DNA from: Vicugna vicugna
Taxonomy: Eukaryota
NCBI GenBank assembly: GCA_013265495.1
Contig: MU058584.1
Coordinates: 7,716,407 to 7,780,406 of the forward strand
DNA length: 64,000 nucleotides
Direction of reading: 5' to 3'
Each line of letters starts with the position of its first letter. Positions within the stretch are counted from its first letter, which is position 1. Below the pieces are notes generated by a model. The model saw only the letters and a list, made by a program, of their open reading frames with translations. It was not told where the DNA came from and made no database searches. Made by a program: the position numbers and the translations under genes. Shown piece by piece: positions 27,903 through 40,436 of the stretch.

Positions 27903-30850
27903 GTTTGCTTCCTTTCAGAGTACTTGCAGGGGGAGACATACCACCCCCAGAGTAGTAGAATGGAAAGTTTAACCTCTAAGATAATTTCTAAATTTCCTGA
28001 ACAAATTCCCATTCTCTAGCCCTTCTCTTTCACGTACTGCTTATTGACCTGTTTCGCTGGGTCCACAGCCCTGTCTTCACTCCGTCCCCTCTTCAGACCT
28101 CGCTGGCCCTTCTCCATGTTGTGTTCCTTCCCTGGTCCTCACCACGCTGCAGGGCTCTGTCCCCTTCTTTCTAAAGATTCCCGTCATCCACCTGCTGGAG
28201 GATTTCCATATGGGTGGGGCACAGAGTAGATAATCCCCTTCTCAGGCAGTCCTGATGGTACCAATTAAGGTGGGAAGGGAGGTATATCCCCACAACCCTA
28301 GAATGGCCTCACCAAGCCCGGAACCTGCCCTTCCACAGGCTCCTTCAAACACCTGCCTTCTCCCAGCAGCTGTCCTGTGCTATTCTTATGCTCACTTGCT
28401 GTTAGTAGGAAAAAGGACGGTGACTCTATCTCCAGCTTCAGCACTGACCTTGGTCTTATCTTGTAGAGAAGCCAACTTTGGGCTGGTGAAGTGGGGAGTG
28501 GGTCCTTGTTTGGAGTGATGTACTTCAAGGCTTTAACGCAGTATAGGCTGTCACTGCAGTAACTTTGCCCATCTTCTCATTTACTCCTGTATTAACTGAA
28601 GCCACCTTCAGTTTTTTTCTTTTATGTGATGTATGCACAGTAAGGAACATCAAGATTACTTTCTTCACTTTGTGCAGTTGGGAAAGTCCAAGCTCTGTCC
28701 TGGGAGGTGGCAGGGGAGCTAGAGCCAGAATTGAAGTGAGAAGCCATTTGAAAAAAAAAAGAAATTTGAGAATAGAAAGGGTAACCAAGGGGTTATCTAA
28801 AGGGAGGACCAGAGACTCAGGCGACAGCTGAGGTTTTGAGATAGCCACTCCAGAGGAGTGAAAGTCCCAGTCCCTTCTTATGTATCCAAAAATACTGGCC
28901 TAGCCCACAGCTCTCATTTAGCCAAAGTGGACTGAAAGTCCAAGAGCTAAGAGCATCCATCCAAAGAAAGCTTCCCCCTCTGCTGTTCTCTGGCCCACAA
29001 CCTCCTCATTCTCTTGAAAAATGTGCATTTGGTTCAGGTCTCTCTGTCCCAGACACACAATCATTCCGAGTCTCCCTTGAACCTGGATTTTTTTCATGTG
29101 AAACATACATGCGTGTGCACACACTCACACAGTTACATGCCCTTCCCTCAGCACCAATGTTTATTTTCTGATTCTACAGGACAATGATGTAATAAGATGC
29201 CTTTCATAAACTTATTAACTGTGGGAGTGTATTCAGCTACCAATAAAAGAGCCCGGCTTGGTGTACCTAGATCAGCACGTTACGTTCTGGACAGATCTAG
29301 TTCTTGCCCATAGTGTTCATCCAAGGAGAGCAGTCTTGGAGGTGGGGCTTTGGGGAGAGTGCTCACGGAGCTGAAGCTTGCTAGATCTAAGTTTGATTCC
29401 AGTCGCGACCCTTCTGAGCTGAGCTTTGCTCTTGGGTGTGCTCTCTGAGGTCATAGAAAAAGTCTTGGAGCAGAGAGATCTGTTCAGGTCCCAGTTTTGC
29501 TATACAGGTTTGGCCACGTTGTTGAAACTCTCTGGGTCACTGTGTTCCCACCTATAAAACAGAGAAGCGCTTTGCCCACCCTCGCCACGTGGAGCCAGAC
29601 ACTCAGTACAAGCAGCCTTCACCTTTGATCAGCACAGAAGAAGTGCTGACGCTGCCCCAGCCGCACCGGTTTAGACACTTAGACGTGTCCCTGTGCAACA
29701 CTGGTTGCTCATTGCTGCCACCCACCTGTGCCGCGTGGCCTGTGGACATGCCAGATACCAAATGGCTGACTCATCCCAGTGACCGTGACTGCCGGTGACT
29801 GGTTCATTTTATGGATCACAACAGTGAGGTCTAGTATTTTTCAGGATTCAGCTAAACTTTATAATGTTATCAATAATTATTGGTGAAAACTAAGTAAATG
29901 GATAGAGCCTGTGTCTATAAGCAATGGGCTTTCTTCTGAATTTGTTTATCTTGACTTTGGCCTTGAGCCCAGAGTTCCAAGACACTCATGGGCTCTTGTC
30001 CATGAACGTTGGTAGAGCTGCTACCACCTGACTTAGGTCCACCACCTGTCATGGCAGTGAGACATGGTACAAAGAGCACTGGGTTAAGATGAGGGCGATA
30101 TGGCCTCTGGCCCTCAGTCCATCATGGGCCTCTGTTACCTCTTCATTACAGCAATGAGACTGAACCGGGTCCTGGGTTTGTGATCCTGTGACATGTCTTA
30201 GCTGGACTAAGGAGCTTGTTCCAGAGAATTCAGGACTCCAGTTCCCTTAGTCATTCAGTGACTTCCAGTGGGAAGATGTCATTTCATGCACTGATTTACT
30301 CTCCTTCACAATGTGTAGTCTGGAAAAGTGGAATATTAACCAATTTTTGTAAATAAGCTCATATTCAAAGAAGAGATCAGGATGGTAAGGATTTTAAGCA
30401 GCCCTAAAATAAATTATTTCATAAAATGAAGATACCTTTTGAAATGCAAGTACATTTTCCCTACTGTGGCCTTTTCATAAGATCATGTTTGTTTGTTTGA
30501 AGAGCAGAACCACGTATGTGTCCCCAAAAAGTCTTCTGAGGATTGAATCCTCTTTTCCCTTTGACTCTCATTACAACTCCAGACACACTTTATCTTCATG
30601 TATTATTTAGTTGGCAGTGTTTCCAAATATCTAAGTTTTGCTTCTAAACACTCCTTTCTGGTCTCTGACAAGATTTGTAAAGGCTTAAGTGTTGTAGGGC
30701 TAAGATGGTTCTATTAATAGGAAGTCTCATGTGAATTTTGAAGCTGTTTTATAAGGTTAAGGGAGTCTTTGGTAACTTGGGTTATTTTGAGGAGTTTTTA
30801 AAAATAGAATGTAAGGCGCCCTTGTCCTTTCTTCTCACACTGTCCTCCAG

Positions 30851-30996
30851 AGAGCGTTCACCATAGACTGCCCATCCTGGGCCCCAGGACAGCTGTCTTC
30901 CATGGGCTGCTGTCAGATGCCTTCACAGCTTTGCAGGAGACACAGCTCTCTTCCTTGCCCAGAAAGGGGCCCATGGACAAGTCAGAGAGGCAGTGA
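30851..30996 (+). CDS. C1orf105: C1orf105 ortholog, last coding exon ([25 protein letters not shown]...KSERQ*)
   Basis: TGTCCTCCAG|A acceptor; [16 protein letters not shown] matches the human protein as remembered; TGA at 30994-30996. The six exons total 534 nt with no internal stop. Confidence 0.92.
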
Positions 30997-31217
30997 GTGG
31001 TCGGAGCTCATCACCTACCGGACCCTCAGGGAGAAAGCAACCTCACCGAGCCAGTTTCTGACACTAGTGCCTTCTCATAATTTCCTCTTAGCATGAAAAA
31101 GATGACTCAGTGCTGCCTTCCTGACCATTGCTAGAATCCTGCCTCTTGCCATTCTCCTCTGGCTCATTTCTCCTAGAGACCAAATGGTTCGTGGCACATG
31201 ATGATAAAGATGTGTTG

Positions 31218-31223
31218 ATTAAA
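31218..31223 (+). terminator. C1orf105: Probable C1orf105 polyadenylation signal (ATTAAA)
   Basis: ATTAAA about 220 nt after the stop, followed by GT/T-rich sequence. Confidence 0.5.
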
Positions 31224-31947
31224 ATGGAACATTTTGAGTGGTGTTCATTCTGTTTTCTTAAAGATTCTTTATAGTAGAAGACACATCTTTCTGTTTGTAA
31301 GATGTGAATTTTCTGTGAAAATCATTTCTCCTTTCAGGGCAGGGGGCCAGAGATGGCTCCCGGGGGCTCCTCATGAATTCAGCCTAGTAAGGATAAAGGA
31401 GAGAGGTGGGGGTCACTCTACCATCCTTATCTCTGTCCGTTAACTCTGGTAGATGACAGAGTGCTGTGAGGCAAGGGCTGAAAAATGGCCAATGATTAGC
31501 CATGGCCACCATTGAGGAGAGGAACAGTGTCTTTTCTCACCTTCCGCCTATCACCTTCTTGATGCCTTGCATATAACTGCTGTTCATCTAATGTGTGTTC
31601 AGTCAAATCCAAACCAAATGCTTATGTTTTGTAGTTTGGTTACTTTGGCTTGAGGATGTCTATCTCCAGCTCTGTCATAGTCCATGTGTCTGAGGGAGAT
31701 AAAGGAAAACTCTAGACTTTCAAATATTATATGAGTGCATACACTCCATGCTCAGCTTCAGGAGGGCTCACATTTAAAAAAGTCCCCTCCATTCTCTAGG
31801 GGACAACAGCTTCACGGAATCCCAAGTTCCTGACTCAGTGGACACTGGACCAACATGTGAGAACCAACCTCCGTGCCGACCGTGTTTGACGAGTGGGCTT
31901 CAGAAATCTCTCACAAATGGCCTGGCAGCCAAATTGACCTGATTTCT

Positions 31948-31979
31948 TGCGCGCGCGCACACACACACGCACACACACA
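31948..31979. repeat. (GC)n(AC)n alternating purine-pyrimidine tract
   Basis: TGCGCGCGCGCACACACACACGCACACACACA. Confidence 0.95.
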
Positions 31980-33490
31980 AACCCCCAAAGCAGAAAAACT
32001 TGCTCAATTGCCTTATATTCTTGGAAGGCTGTGGATTCTTGGTTTTGGCTCATTTAGAGTTCAAGGATTTCAAAAATAGCATACACTTCCTTTCAAGGTA
32101 AGGCTGTACGCATGAATTATGATCCCATTTCAGATCATTGTCAGAGGACAGACAAATCACAGATAAAGATGTTTCCTTTTATTTTTTGCAAATTATCATA
32201 TCCAGTAAAAGGACTTGGGGTACCCGTTCCCATGCATTAGGGAAGGATACATGCCCCCAGTAGGATTATTTGGAGCCTTTGAGGTAATCTGAATAACGTG
32301 GTAATATGAACGTTATCCCCAAACCTCTCGTAAGTGGGCCAGGATAATTTCTTCACTGTAAAAATCTACTCGTGATGTTATTCCCGGTTCAAAGTCATAC
32401 AGGGTTCAGATTAGGCTTTTTTAATATGGATAATCTTGGGTAGATTTGTTTGTGTGTTTCACAGCTAAAGCCTGATTTTACTGTTTTAAAAATAAATGAC
32501 TCTCGTTATAATAAAAATCCACAGACATGAGTCAGATATACTCCCACTCTTTTATCTTGATTCACCCCAACAGGGAACTTAAAAACCAATTAATCAGCAC
32601 AATTTCTTTACTGCCAGGAATAGAGAGAAATACTACACTTAGGAGAATCCATGCAAAAAATCAAGTATGTAACACAAAGCTATTGTTACCTTTAGTCTCA
32701 ATTTAACCTTGGGAAGCCCTGCAGGCCTTTAGTGCCTCGTGTCCTCCTCGGGGTCCCTCATCTTCTCCGTGTCCCCTAAATGCCAAAGCTCGTGGGAGGC
32801 CTGTCAGCGGCCTGTCGGCTCCTGAGCCCTGTGGTTTTACTCACTGTAGCTGCCCATTTTCCTGAAAATGCCCAAGAACCATGTAGTTCCGAGCAGCAGA
32901 AGTGTCACAGGTTTGGCAGAACGGCCTCATGTCCTCCTAAGGCAGGCCCTGCCTGGGGTGTCCTGTGTGGGTGTGGTTACTCAGGTTGGGGGAGGTCTGA
33001 GGGGTGAGGACGGTGCTCCCCCACAGAATACAGAACCTTTCCAAGAAGATGAGGAAGCCCAGACTTGTTTCTGTTAATACATTTATAAACTAAAGCCTTA
33101 AGGGTGAAGATTAAATTAGAAAATTTAGAAATGGATAAAATGTACTAATCTCTAGAAAAAACTGGGACAGTCAATCCCATTTCAACCATGTCCTGCTCAA
33201 ACCCATCTGAATTTAGCACCTTAGTATTGTCCCTGTTTCATACATGTGATTCTTGTCTGTCTAAATAACGTGTCACTTCATGAGGATGAGAACAGTATCT
33301 CATGCTCCAGCCATAGCCCCACAGGAGCAACCCAGACACATACTCAGGAGGTACTCAGAAAGAAGAAAAGTCCATTTCTCAGTTGCCAGGCAATATGAGA
33401 AAATGGGAGGTGAGGGCCCTGCATTTGGGGTTGTGAGGATACAGAGGGTTTTGGACTCTGCCCTGGAGGAACTTACTTCAGCTGGAGAAG

Positions 33491-33491
<1 letters not shown>

Positions 33492-33525
<34 letters not shown>
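33492..33525. repeat. (CA)n microsatellite, about 17 units
   Basis: Seen directly. Confidence 0.97.
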
Positions 33526-33527
<2 letters not shown>

Positions 33528-34120
33528 GTGCACACTTGTGCAGGCCAGTAAGGGAATAAGCATGAGTTACTTTCTACTCTAAACCGAACCTCCCTGATTG
33601 CAGCAATAACTCTCTCCGTAACACCAACCGTCCAGCTCTCTGAATAGAAACAGAGATGCAATTGTGCGACCTTGTCAGGAAAGCTGGTCAGAGGACAAAC
33701 GGCCATATTCACCCACACAGGATGTTATCTCTGGTTCTTTGCAGAGTGTTTGGCAATGCAGTCTCACTGCCTGGTCAGTGCAGGGCAGGACAGTGAAGTC
33801 AGGCATCGACAAGTGTTTGCAGTTTCCAGGAAGACTTGTTCCTAAACCTCTTGGGACTGGCCTTCCTGTGCAGCAAAGACCATCCTATGGGACGTCACAT
33901 GGCGAGAGGGTCAGGAAACCCTTGCTTCGTAGACTCTCACACTGAGCTAATTACATGAGGAGTGAGATGTGCCGAAGCAGCAGGGAAGACGTTGGTTAAC
34001 GTGAGTCGGCTCTCAGGAGTGGAACTGAGTGGCTGGAGGACAGAAATTGGCAGAGGAAGGAGATTTTTCCATACTGCACCCTTATTTACTCTTTGAATTT
34101 TGAACCACATGAATGTTTCA

Positions 34121-34360
34121 TTGAGTAGTGCTGCTGTGAACATTGGGGTGCATGTATCTTTTTGAGTTATAGTTTCACATTTTCCAGATATATACACAGG
34201 AGTGGGATTGTTGGATCATATGATAGCTCTATTTTTAGTTTTTAGAGAATCTCCATACTGTTTTCCATAGTGGCTGCACCAGTTTACATTCCCACCAGCA
34301 GTGTAGGAGGGTGCCCTTTTCTCTACACCCTCCCAACATGTATTGTTTGTAGACTTTTTT
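34121..34360 (-). mobile_element. LINE-1 ORF2 3' fragment
   Basis: CCATAGTGGCTGCACCAGTTTACATTCCCACCAGCAGTGTAGGAGGG; the minus strand encodes KDTCTPMFTAAL. Confidence 0.88.
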
Positions 34361-34377
34361 GACACTTAGTCTTTTTT

Positions 34378-34523
34378 TATTTACATTTTATTTTTATAAT
34401 TTTGTTGGGAAGGTAGGTAATTGGGTTTGTTTATTTATGTATTAGTGGAGGTGCTGGGGATTGAACCCAGGACCTTGTACATGCTAGGCATGTGCTCTAC
34501 CACTGAGCTGTACCTTCCCCGCT
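34378..34523 (-). mobile_element. tRNA-Ala-derived SINE (camelid vic-1 type)
   Basis: Reverse complement GGGGAAGGTACAGCTCAGTGGTAGAGCACATGCCTAGCATGTACAAGGTCCTGGGTTCAATCCCCAGCACCTCCA plus A-rich tail. TSD ACACTT(A/G)GTCTTTTTT at 34362-34377 and 34524-34539. Confidence 0.9.
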
Positions 34524-35094
34524 ACACTTGGTCTTTTTTAAACTTAACAATCCCCAGGTTCTTTGGCCAGCATGCCGTGGCCTAGTCGCCCTCTCTGCAC
34601 CCACCCCAGTGCCACTTGAAACAAGGCACCTGGAGTGGAATCTAAGACTCCAGATATGACCTGGCCGTATGTGGCCGTGTGACAGTCACTCTTCCTTGTC
34701 CAGGATCTCCTGCTTCCAGAAACGAGACCCAAAGGGCCTCTGTGTTCCTAGCAGCCTCGTCACTTCATTCTCTCACGTTGACTTGCTGCCAATGAAAGCC
34801 TTTTTTGTCCTTTCAGTGAGAATTGCTGTTCTGACCGCTTTCCTCAGGCTGCTAATTTTTAAAAACCTATATACACAACTATATTCCTCCTTATTAAGGT
34901 TCCTCTGGCTAGATTCCAGCCAGTGACCATCTTTTTGAATCTAGATTCCATCAATTGCTAGTCCTCCCAAGTTTGATTTTCTGGTCCTCTGTCTTTCTCT
35001 CTGCCTTGTAAATAGCAGTCAGGAGCCAAACCCCACTGTGCGGCTCTAAAGCTCTCCCTTTAGATCAATGTTCTTAAGGCCCTTTTCTTTAGTC

Positions 35095-35580
35095 TCTGTT
35101 TTATTATGCAAACATTGAGATACACAGAGAACCAGGACTAGTAACACAAACACCTGTATATCTTCCACCTGTCTGTCTTCTGCAATTGTCAACATTTTGC
35201 CATGTTTCCTCTATTTACATACTGTTTTGCTGAATTACCTACAAATAAAGACATCTGACTTTTTGTTTACCACTAATAGTTTATTTTATCATTTGCAGTC
35301 TCCTCCTCCCACCAAAAAAAAACTCTCCTTCAAAAGATAATGCTGTTATCACACATAAAAAATGAATAATAATTCCTTATTGTCTTCTTCACTCTGTTCA
35401 TATTCAAATTCCCCAATTTGTTTCCAACATGTTATTAAGGCTGATTTGTTCAAAGCCAAAATCAAGGTGGCAAACTGCATTTTTGACTCTTTTAATCTAA
35501 AAAACTGTACCTCAGCTTCTGTTTTTCAATGCACTGCCTATCAAAGAGACCAAGATAATTGTTTTGTAGAATGCCAAAGA
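35095..35580 (-). mobile_element. Old L1 (L1ME-like) 3' UTR fragment
   Basis: Motifs such as AATAATAATTCCTTA and CATATTCAAATTCCCCAATTTG typical of antisense L1ME ends; by-eye call. Confidence 0.5.
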
Positions 35581-35883
35581 CCTGTTTAAATACTGTCCAT
35601 CTTCATGCTGGTGATTTCTAATGCTGCTATTGGGTAAGAACCATTTATTGAATAATTATTCATTTTTCCTTTCTATTAATCAAATTCATATGTAACTACC
35701 AGTTAGAGCTTCTGGTAAGGATGAGGTAACACTCTGACCATGCTGGGTTGAAACAATCACAGAGATAGATCCAAAATTGTGATGTTGATAATTGTGTAAC
35801 TTTGGCCAAGTCACTTAGCCCCTCTGAGTCTTGGTTTCCTGTGCTCTGTAATAAAGATAAAAGTATCTGCCTCCGGAATCAGA

Positions 35884-35978
35884 GCAGCATGTATACCAAG
35901 GTTGGAAGGATACAGAGAAGATTAGCATGGCCCCTGCACAAGAATGACATGCAAATATGTGAAGCATTACATATTTTT
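35884..35978 (+). pseudogene. U6 snRNA retropseudogene, 5'-truncated
   Basis: GCAGCATGTATACCAAGGTTGGAAGGATACAGAGAAGATTAGCATGGCCCCTGCACAAGAATGACATGCAAATATGTGAAGCATTACATATTTTT aligns to U6 from about nt 13 to the end, including the ACAGAGA box and AGC triad. It has CpG-type substitutions, lacks the 5' stem, and no PSE/TATA was seen. Confidence 0.93.
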
Positions 35979-37769
35979 AACGCTAACCTCAAATGTATGT
36001 TTATTAGATATTGCTAAACAGCCTTCATACGAGGTTTCTAATTTATATTATCACCAAAAATGTATGCAAGTGCCCGTTTCCCTCAGCTTCAACAACAGTG
36101 GTAATAATTTTTTATTCTCAAACCAGTTTTAGAGACGAGAAATTATATCTCTGTGTAACTGAAACTTACATTTCTCTAATTATGAGATCAAACATATTTG
36201 CAATATGTCTAAGGGCCATTTTTATATGTTTTTTATAAATTGTTCAGCTTTTAAGCTTCATGACCCATTAATTTTTAAATAATAAAAGATTTAATTATCC
36301 AAATGGCAAAAAAATAAATTCCTACAGTGATTGATACGATAGCACTCGTGGTTTCCATTTAGAGTCTCTGAGCGCAGGAGCCAACACGTGTTTTCATTTA
36401 ACATTTGGAACTCTAACTCTTTAACATTTATCAAACCCTGTGTGCTGGTAAGGAGGGTGGTCAGATGAGCATTTATTGTGTCCCCTCCTCCATGCTCCAC
36501 ACTGTTCACAGTTCATGTTTCATCTTGACAGGAACCCTACAAAAGCAGTAGGGTTAGAATCCCTGTTGTATGAATGAGAAAATTGAACTCACAAAGGTTG
36601 AATAACTTGCCCAGGTTCACACCAAGTTGGCATTAAACTGAGGTCTTTCTTTTTTTTTTTTTTTCTGTAACTTATTAATTTTTTTCTTACAATCTTCATT
36701 TCCCACTGGGCCTCATTCTTGCAGGCACTTCTAAAAGGGCCAGGCCTGGGTTACTAATATGCTGTCTTCCCTTTGTCTTAAAAGCAAGCAATGCGGTGAG
36801 AAACTTTGAGACTGATGCTTCCTCCCCGCTGGAGTTGTGCCAGGGACTTTGCCGCAGAGTCTGGCTGCCCAGAGACCAGATGAAAACCTGAAACAGTGGA
36901 GGCAAACAGAACGATGTAAAGATTTATTCTCTGCTGGGTCTTTCCGAGCACATAGTTGAAGCTCCTTCCACTACCCTACTCTGCCTCTTTGATTGTGAAC
37001 AGTGCCCATTTCTTGTTCAACACAGTATGTCTCAGATGTCCTACCAATCAGTCGCCTCAACCTTGTCACAGTTAAGTCCAAAATGGCAGTTCCTCTGGGG
37101 AATCCTCTACCTTCTGAGGAATAAAACTGGCTGCACACCAAGCCCAGCCAAGCCTCGTCCTGTTGGGTTTTCCCAGGGTGGGGAATGCCACGTGCTTGCT
37201 CCAGGCAGAGGCCTCTGTCCTGTCAGCCTGTTAGACATTCAGTGTCATTGGAACATGTCATGTCTTTGGAATGGGAAGGGAGGGAGGGGCCAGCAGGAGC
37301 CAGGTTCTGGCATGAAACTTGCCCACCAGGGTGGACAAGGCTCGGGAGGTGGATGGTACAGGGTAGGAAGGCAGACTGGACCCAAGAGCGTGGCAGAGTC
37401 TATGAGCAGGTCTTCTAGCAGTCAGCCCTGGTGTTTTGGCCAGCAGTTGGCGCCCAGACAAAGTGGAAGAGAGGAGCAGTGGGGAGGGAGGTGCTTGGGA
37501 ATGTCAGGGGTAGGAGTTCATCACCCTGGAAGGCTGATTGTCTATGGGAAAGCCCGGTCACCAAACAAGTTTCAAAGATCTGCGCCAGGAAGGAATCTAG
37601 CCAGAGCAGAGCTAGGAAGCTCAGGGATTCCCTGGAGGAACAGATGATGATCTATGGGGGAGGAGCGCAGTTAGACGTTGCTTTCAGTATTGTAATATTG
37701 TGCATACATACACATTTAAAATAAAATATTCTTAGTGTGTTGAAGTAGGAAATAATGAAAATAAATCTG

Positions 37770-37941
37770 GGGGGAGGGTATAGCTCAGTGGTAGAGCACA
37801 TGCTTAGCATGCACGAGGTCCTTGGTTCAATGCCCAGTACCTCCATTAAAAAAATAAATAAACCTAATTACCTCTGCCCTCAAAAAAAGTTTTAAAAAGA
37901 ATAAAACACAATAATTAAAAAAGAAAAATATTTTTAAAAAA
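37770..37941 (+). mobile_element. tRNA-Ala-derived SINE (camelid vic-1 type)
   Basis: Pol III A and B boxes, tRNA-Ala(AGC)-like head, AATTACCTC body motif, A-rich tail. Perfect 13-bp TSD GAAAATAAATCTG at 37757-37769 and 37942-37954. Confidence 0.92.
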
Positions 37942-39169
37942 GAAAATAAATCTGAACAAAGTTCTTTTAGCTGGTGAGGGTATACAGAAACTAGACTCTA
38001 GCTAAAAACTGTTATCTTTTGCATGTTAGTGACTTTCAAGGGGGTGTGAAATTTTTATGTTAAAAGAGAAGGTATCAGTTTCAATATTGAGACACTCTTG
38101 GAAAGTAGAAAAGAAATAAGGAGTTCAGTTCTGGGCGTGGGTTTTGTTGCCCACAAGGGCAATGAGCTAGCCTAGGGGTTCCCTCCTTTTGATTTACTTT
38201 ATTATTATTTTTTTAATTCAGTTTCCTTGTCAGTGCAGTGATCATTTCTTCCCATATCTATTCCGAGGTGGAACTAAAGAAATATGTGTGTATGGCCAGA
38301 TAATCTTACTAATATTCAGGCCTGATCTTTAAAATCTTGTTATCATAATTAAGCTCTGTGTAGGATCCAGGGGGAATTGACAACGCTGCTCTTTGATGCC
38401 CTTTGTGAAGTTCCTAGAAGGAAGTTATCATTTTCATGTGTGTGTTAGAAGTTGTTCTCCAAGTGTTCTTTAACTTGGCTGAAAACCAAAAAAGGGGGCG
38501 GGGGAGCTTCTATTTCATCAGGGACTTTTGAGTTATAAGAAATGAACAATAGTTTTCCTTACTAGGAAAAGAAAGGTGATTTCCTTCACTCAGTGGAATA
38601 TTAAGTTTGAGAATCTCATTCCCTGGAGAGGTTTAAGAGTCTGGTAAATGGGCTGGATCTGTGCTGTCCATGAGTTCAGTGGGGATCAGTTGATCTTTGG
38701 TGATGGGGAACGGTTGGGTTACTCTCTCAGTCTTTGGATTCCACAATGAAATGAAGATTCACCAGGACTAGTTCTAGATTCTTTAAGTGTAATATGTGTA
38801 AATTATTATAGTATATAAATTAAAAAACTCCTATAAAAGTAAACTGCAACATTTTGAACATTTTATATTACTAAGACTTCATTGCTTAAAGGACTTTAAA
38901 TAAGGTAAAACAAGATGTTTTTTCCTTTAAGTTGAAAGAAAAAGGAACAGGTGAGAAAAATAAGGAGTGAGGAAATGGAGGAAGAGAGGAAGAAAAGAAG
39001 GCGTGAGGGGTTCTGGGTGTACAGAGAGACACGAGGGACAGAAGTAAGTTTTCCATTGATTTAAAACATTACTTTTTAATCTTGTTGGTTCTAGAGTCAT
39101 TACTGATTATGAAGATAATCCAAATGAATGAATCTGTAACCAGTTCATAGATATGGTCATTTAAAATTT

Positions 39170-40436
39170 TTTTAATTCAATTTTTTAAGCTAAAAATAAA
39201 TTCACCCATTTCTCCCACTGCCCATCACCCCTTGCTTCTTGTAACCACCAATCTGTTCTCTGTATCTGTGAGCCTGAGTTTTTTTTTTTTCAGATTCCAA
39301 ATGAAAAAGAGATCATATGGTATTTGTCTTTCTCTGTCTAACTTATTTCATTTAGCATAATGCCCTCTAGGTCCACCCATGTTGCAAATGGCAAGATTTC
39401 ATTCTTTTTTATGGCTGAATAATACTCCTCTGTGTGTGTGTGTTTCAGGGGTGTATCTCGTAATTTCTTTATCCAGTCATCTATCAATGGACACTTAGGT
39501 TGTTTCCATATCTTGGCTATTGTAAATAATGTTGCAGTGAACATGGAGATGCAGATACATTTTCAAGTTAGTTTTTATTTTCTTCAGATAATACCCAGAA
39601 GTAGAATTACTGGATCCTAGGGTACTTCTATTTTTAGTTTTTTGAGGAACCTCCAGACTGTTTCTCATAGTGGCTGCACCAATTTACATTTCTACTAACA
39701 GTGCACAGGAGTTCCCTTTCTCCACATTCTCATTGATACTTGTTATTTCATGTTTTTTTGGATAATAGCCATTCTGACAGGTGTGAAGTGATATCTCATT
39801 GTGGTTTTGATATGCATTTCCTTGGTGATTAATGATGTTTAGCATCTTTTCATACACCTGTTAGCCATCTGTATGTCTTCTCTGGAAAATTGTCTATTCA
39901 ATGAAAATTTTTTTAATTGGGTTGTTTGTTTTCTATTGAGTTGTATGAGTTTTTTTTTTTTTTACATATTTTGGATATTAACACCTTATCGGATATATGA
40001 TTTGCAATTATTTTCTCCCATTCAGTAGGTTGCATTTCCATTTTGTTATTGATTTCCTTTGCTCTGCAGAAGCTTTTTAGTTTGATGTGGCCCTACTTAT
40101 TTATTTTCACTTTTGTTCCTTTTGCTTTTGGTGTCAGATTTGAAAAATATCTCCAAGACTGTTGTCAAGGACCTCGCTGCCTATGTTTTCTTCTAGGAGT
40201 TTATGGTTTCAAGTCTTACACTTAAGCCTTTAATCCATTCTGAGTTAATTTTGGTATGGAATAAGATAGTGGACCAGCTTCATTCTTTTGCTTGTGGCCG
40301 CCCAGTTTTCTCAATACTATTTATTAAAAAGACTGTCCTCTTTTCATTGTATGTTCTTGGCTTCTTTGTTGTGAATTAATTGACCATACATGCAAGGATT
40401 TCTTCTGGGCTCTCTATTCTGTTCCACTGACCTATG
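39170..40436 (-). mobile_element. LINE-1 3' end (ORF2 C-terminus and 3'UTR), 5'-truncated
   Basis: Minus-strand peptide MFTATLFTIAKIWKQPKCP...EYYSAIKKNEILPFATW is L1 ORF2. Confidence 0.92.

Larger units (their letters stand above)
29800..32610 (-). pseudogene. Candidate large decayed exon or exons (KEIVLINWFLSSLLG*...LYDFEPGITSRVDFYSEEIILAHLREVWG*RSYYHVIQ...; ...NPYHPDLFFEYELIYKNWLIFHF...)
   Basis: Strong TTTCTCTCTATTCCTGGCAG|T acceptor. 30567-30250 has only 2 stops in 106 codons of AT-rich DNA. The 3' end is undefined and the block is interrupted by L2/MIR-like and microsatellite sequence. Confidence 0.4.

Noticed and set aside
35884..35978. Functional U6 gene or canonical U6/L1 chimera
   Set aside because: The 5' end is missing, there are many substitutions and no upstream promoter. 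The adjoining L1 is antisense, whereas template-switch chimeras carry sense L1.
37027..37647. 206-aa ATG-initiated ORF
   Set aside because: Low-information G/S/R-rich translation, partly over L2-like sequence, with no promoter, splice or homology support.
37770..37845. Apparent tRNA-Ala genes (also near 34446-34520 and 47601-47674)
   Set aside because: They have a SINE body, A-rich tail and TSDs, with mismatches in the stems and B box.
39338..39620. ORFs with recognisable protein motifs
   Set aside because: Decayed LINE-1 ORF2.
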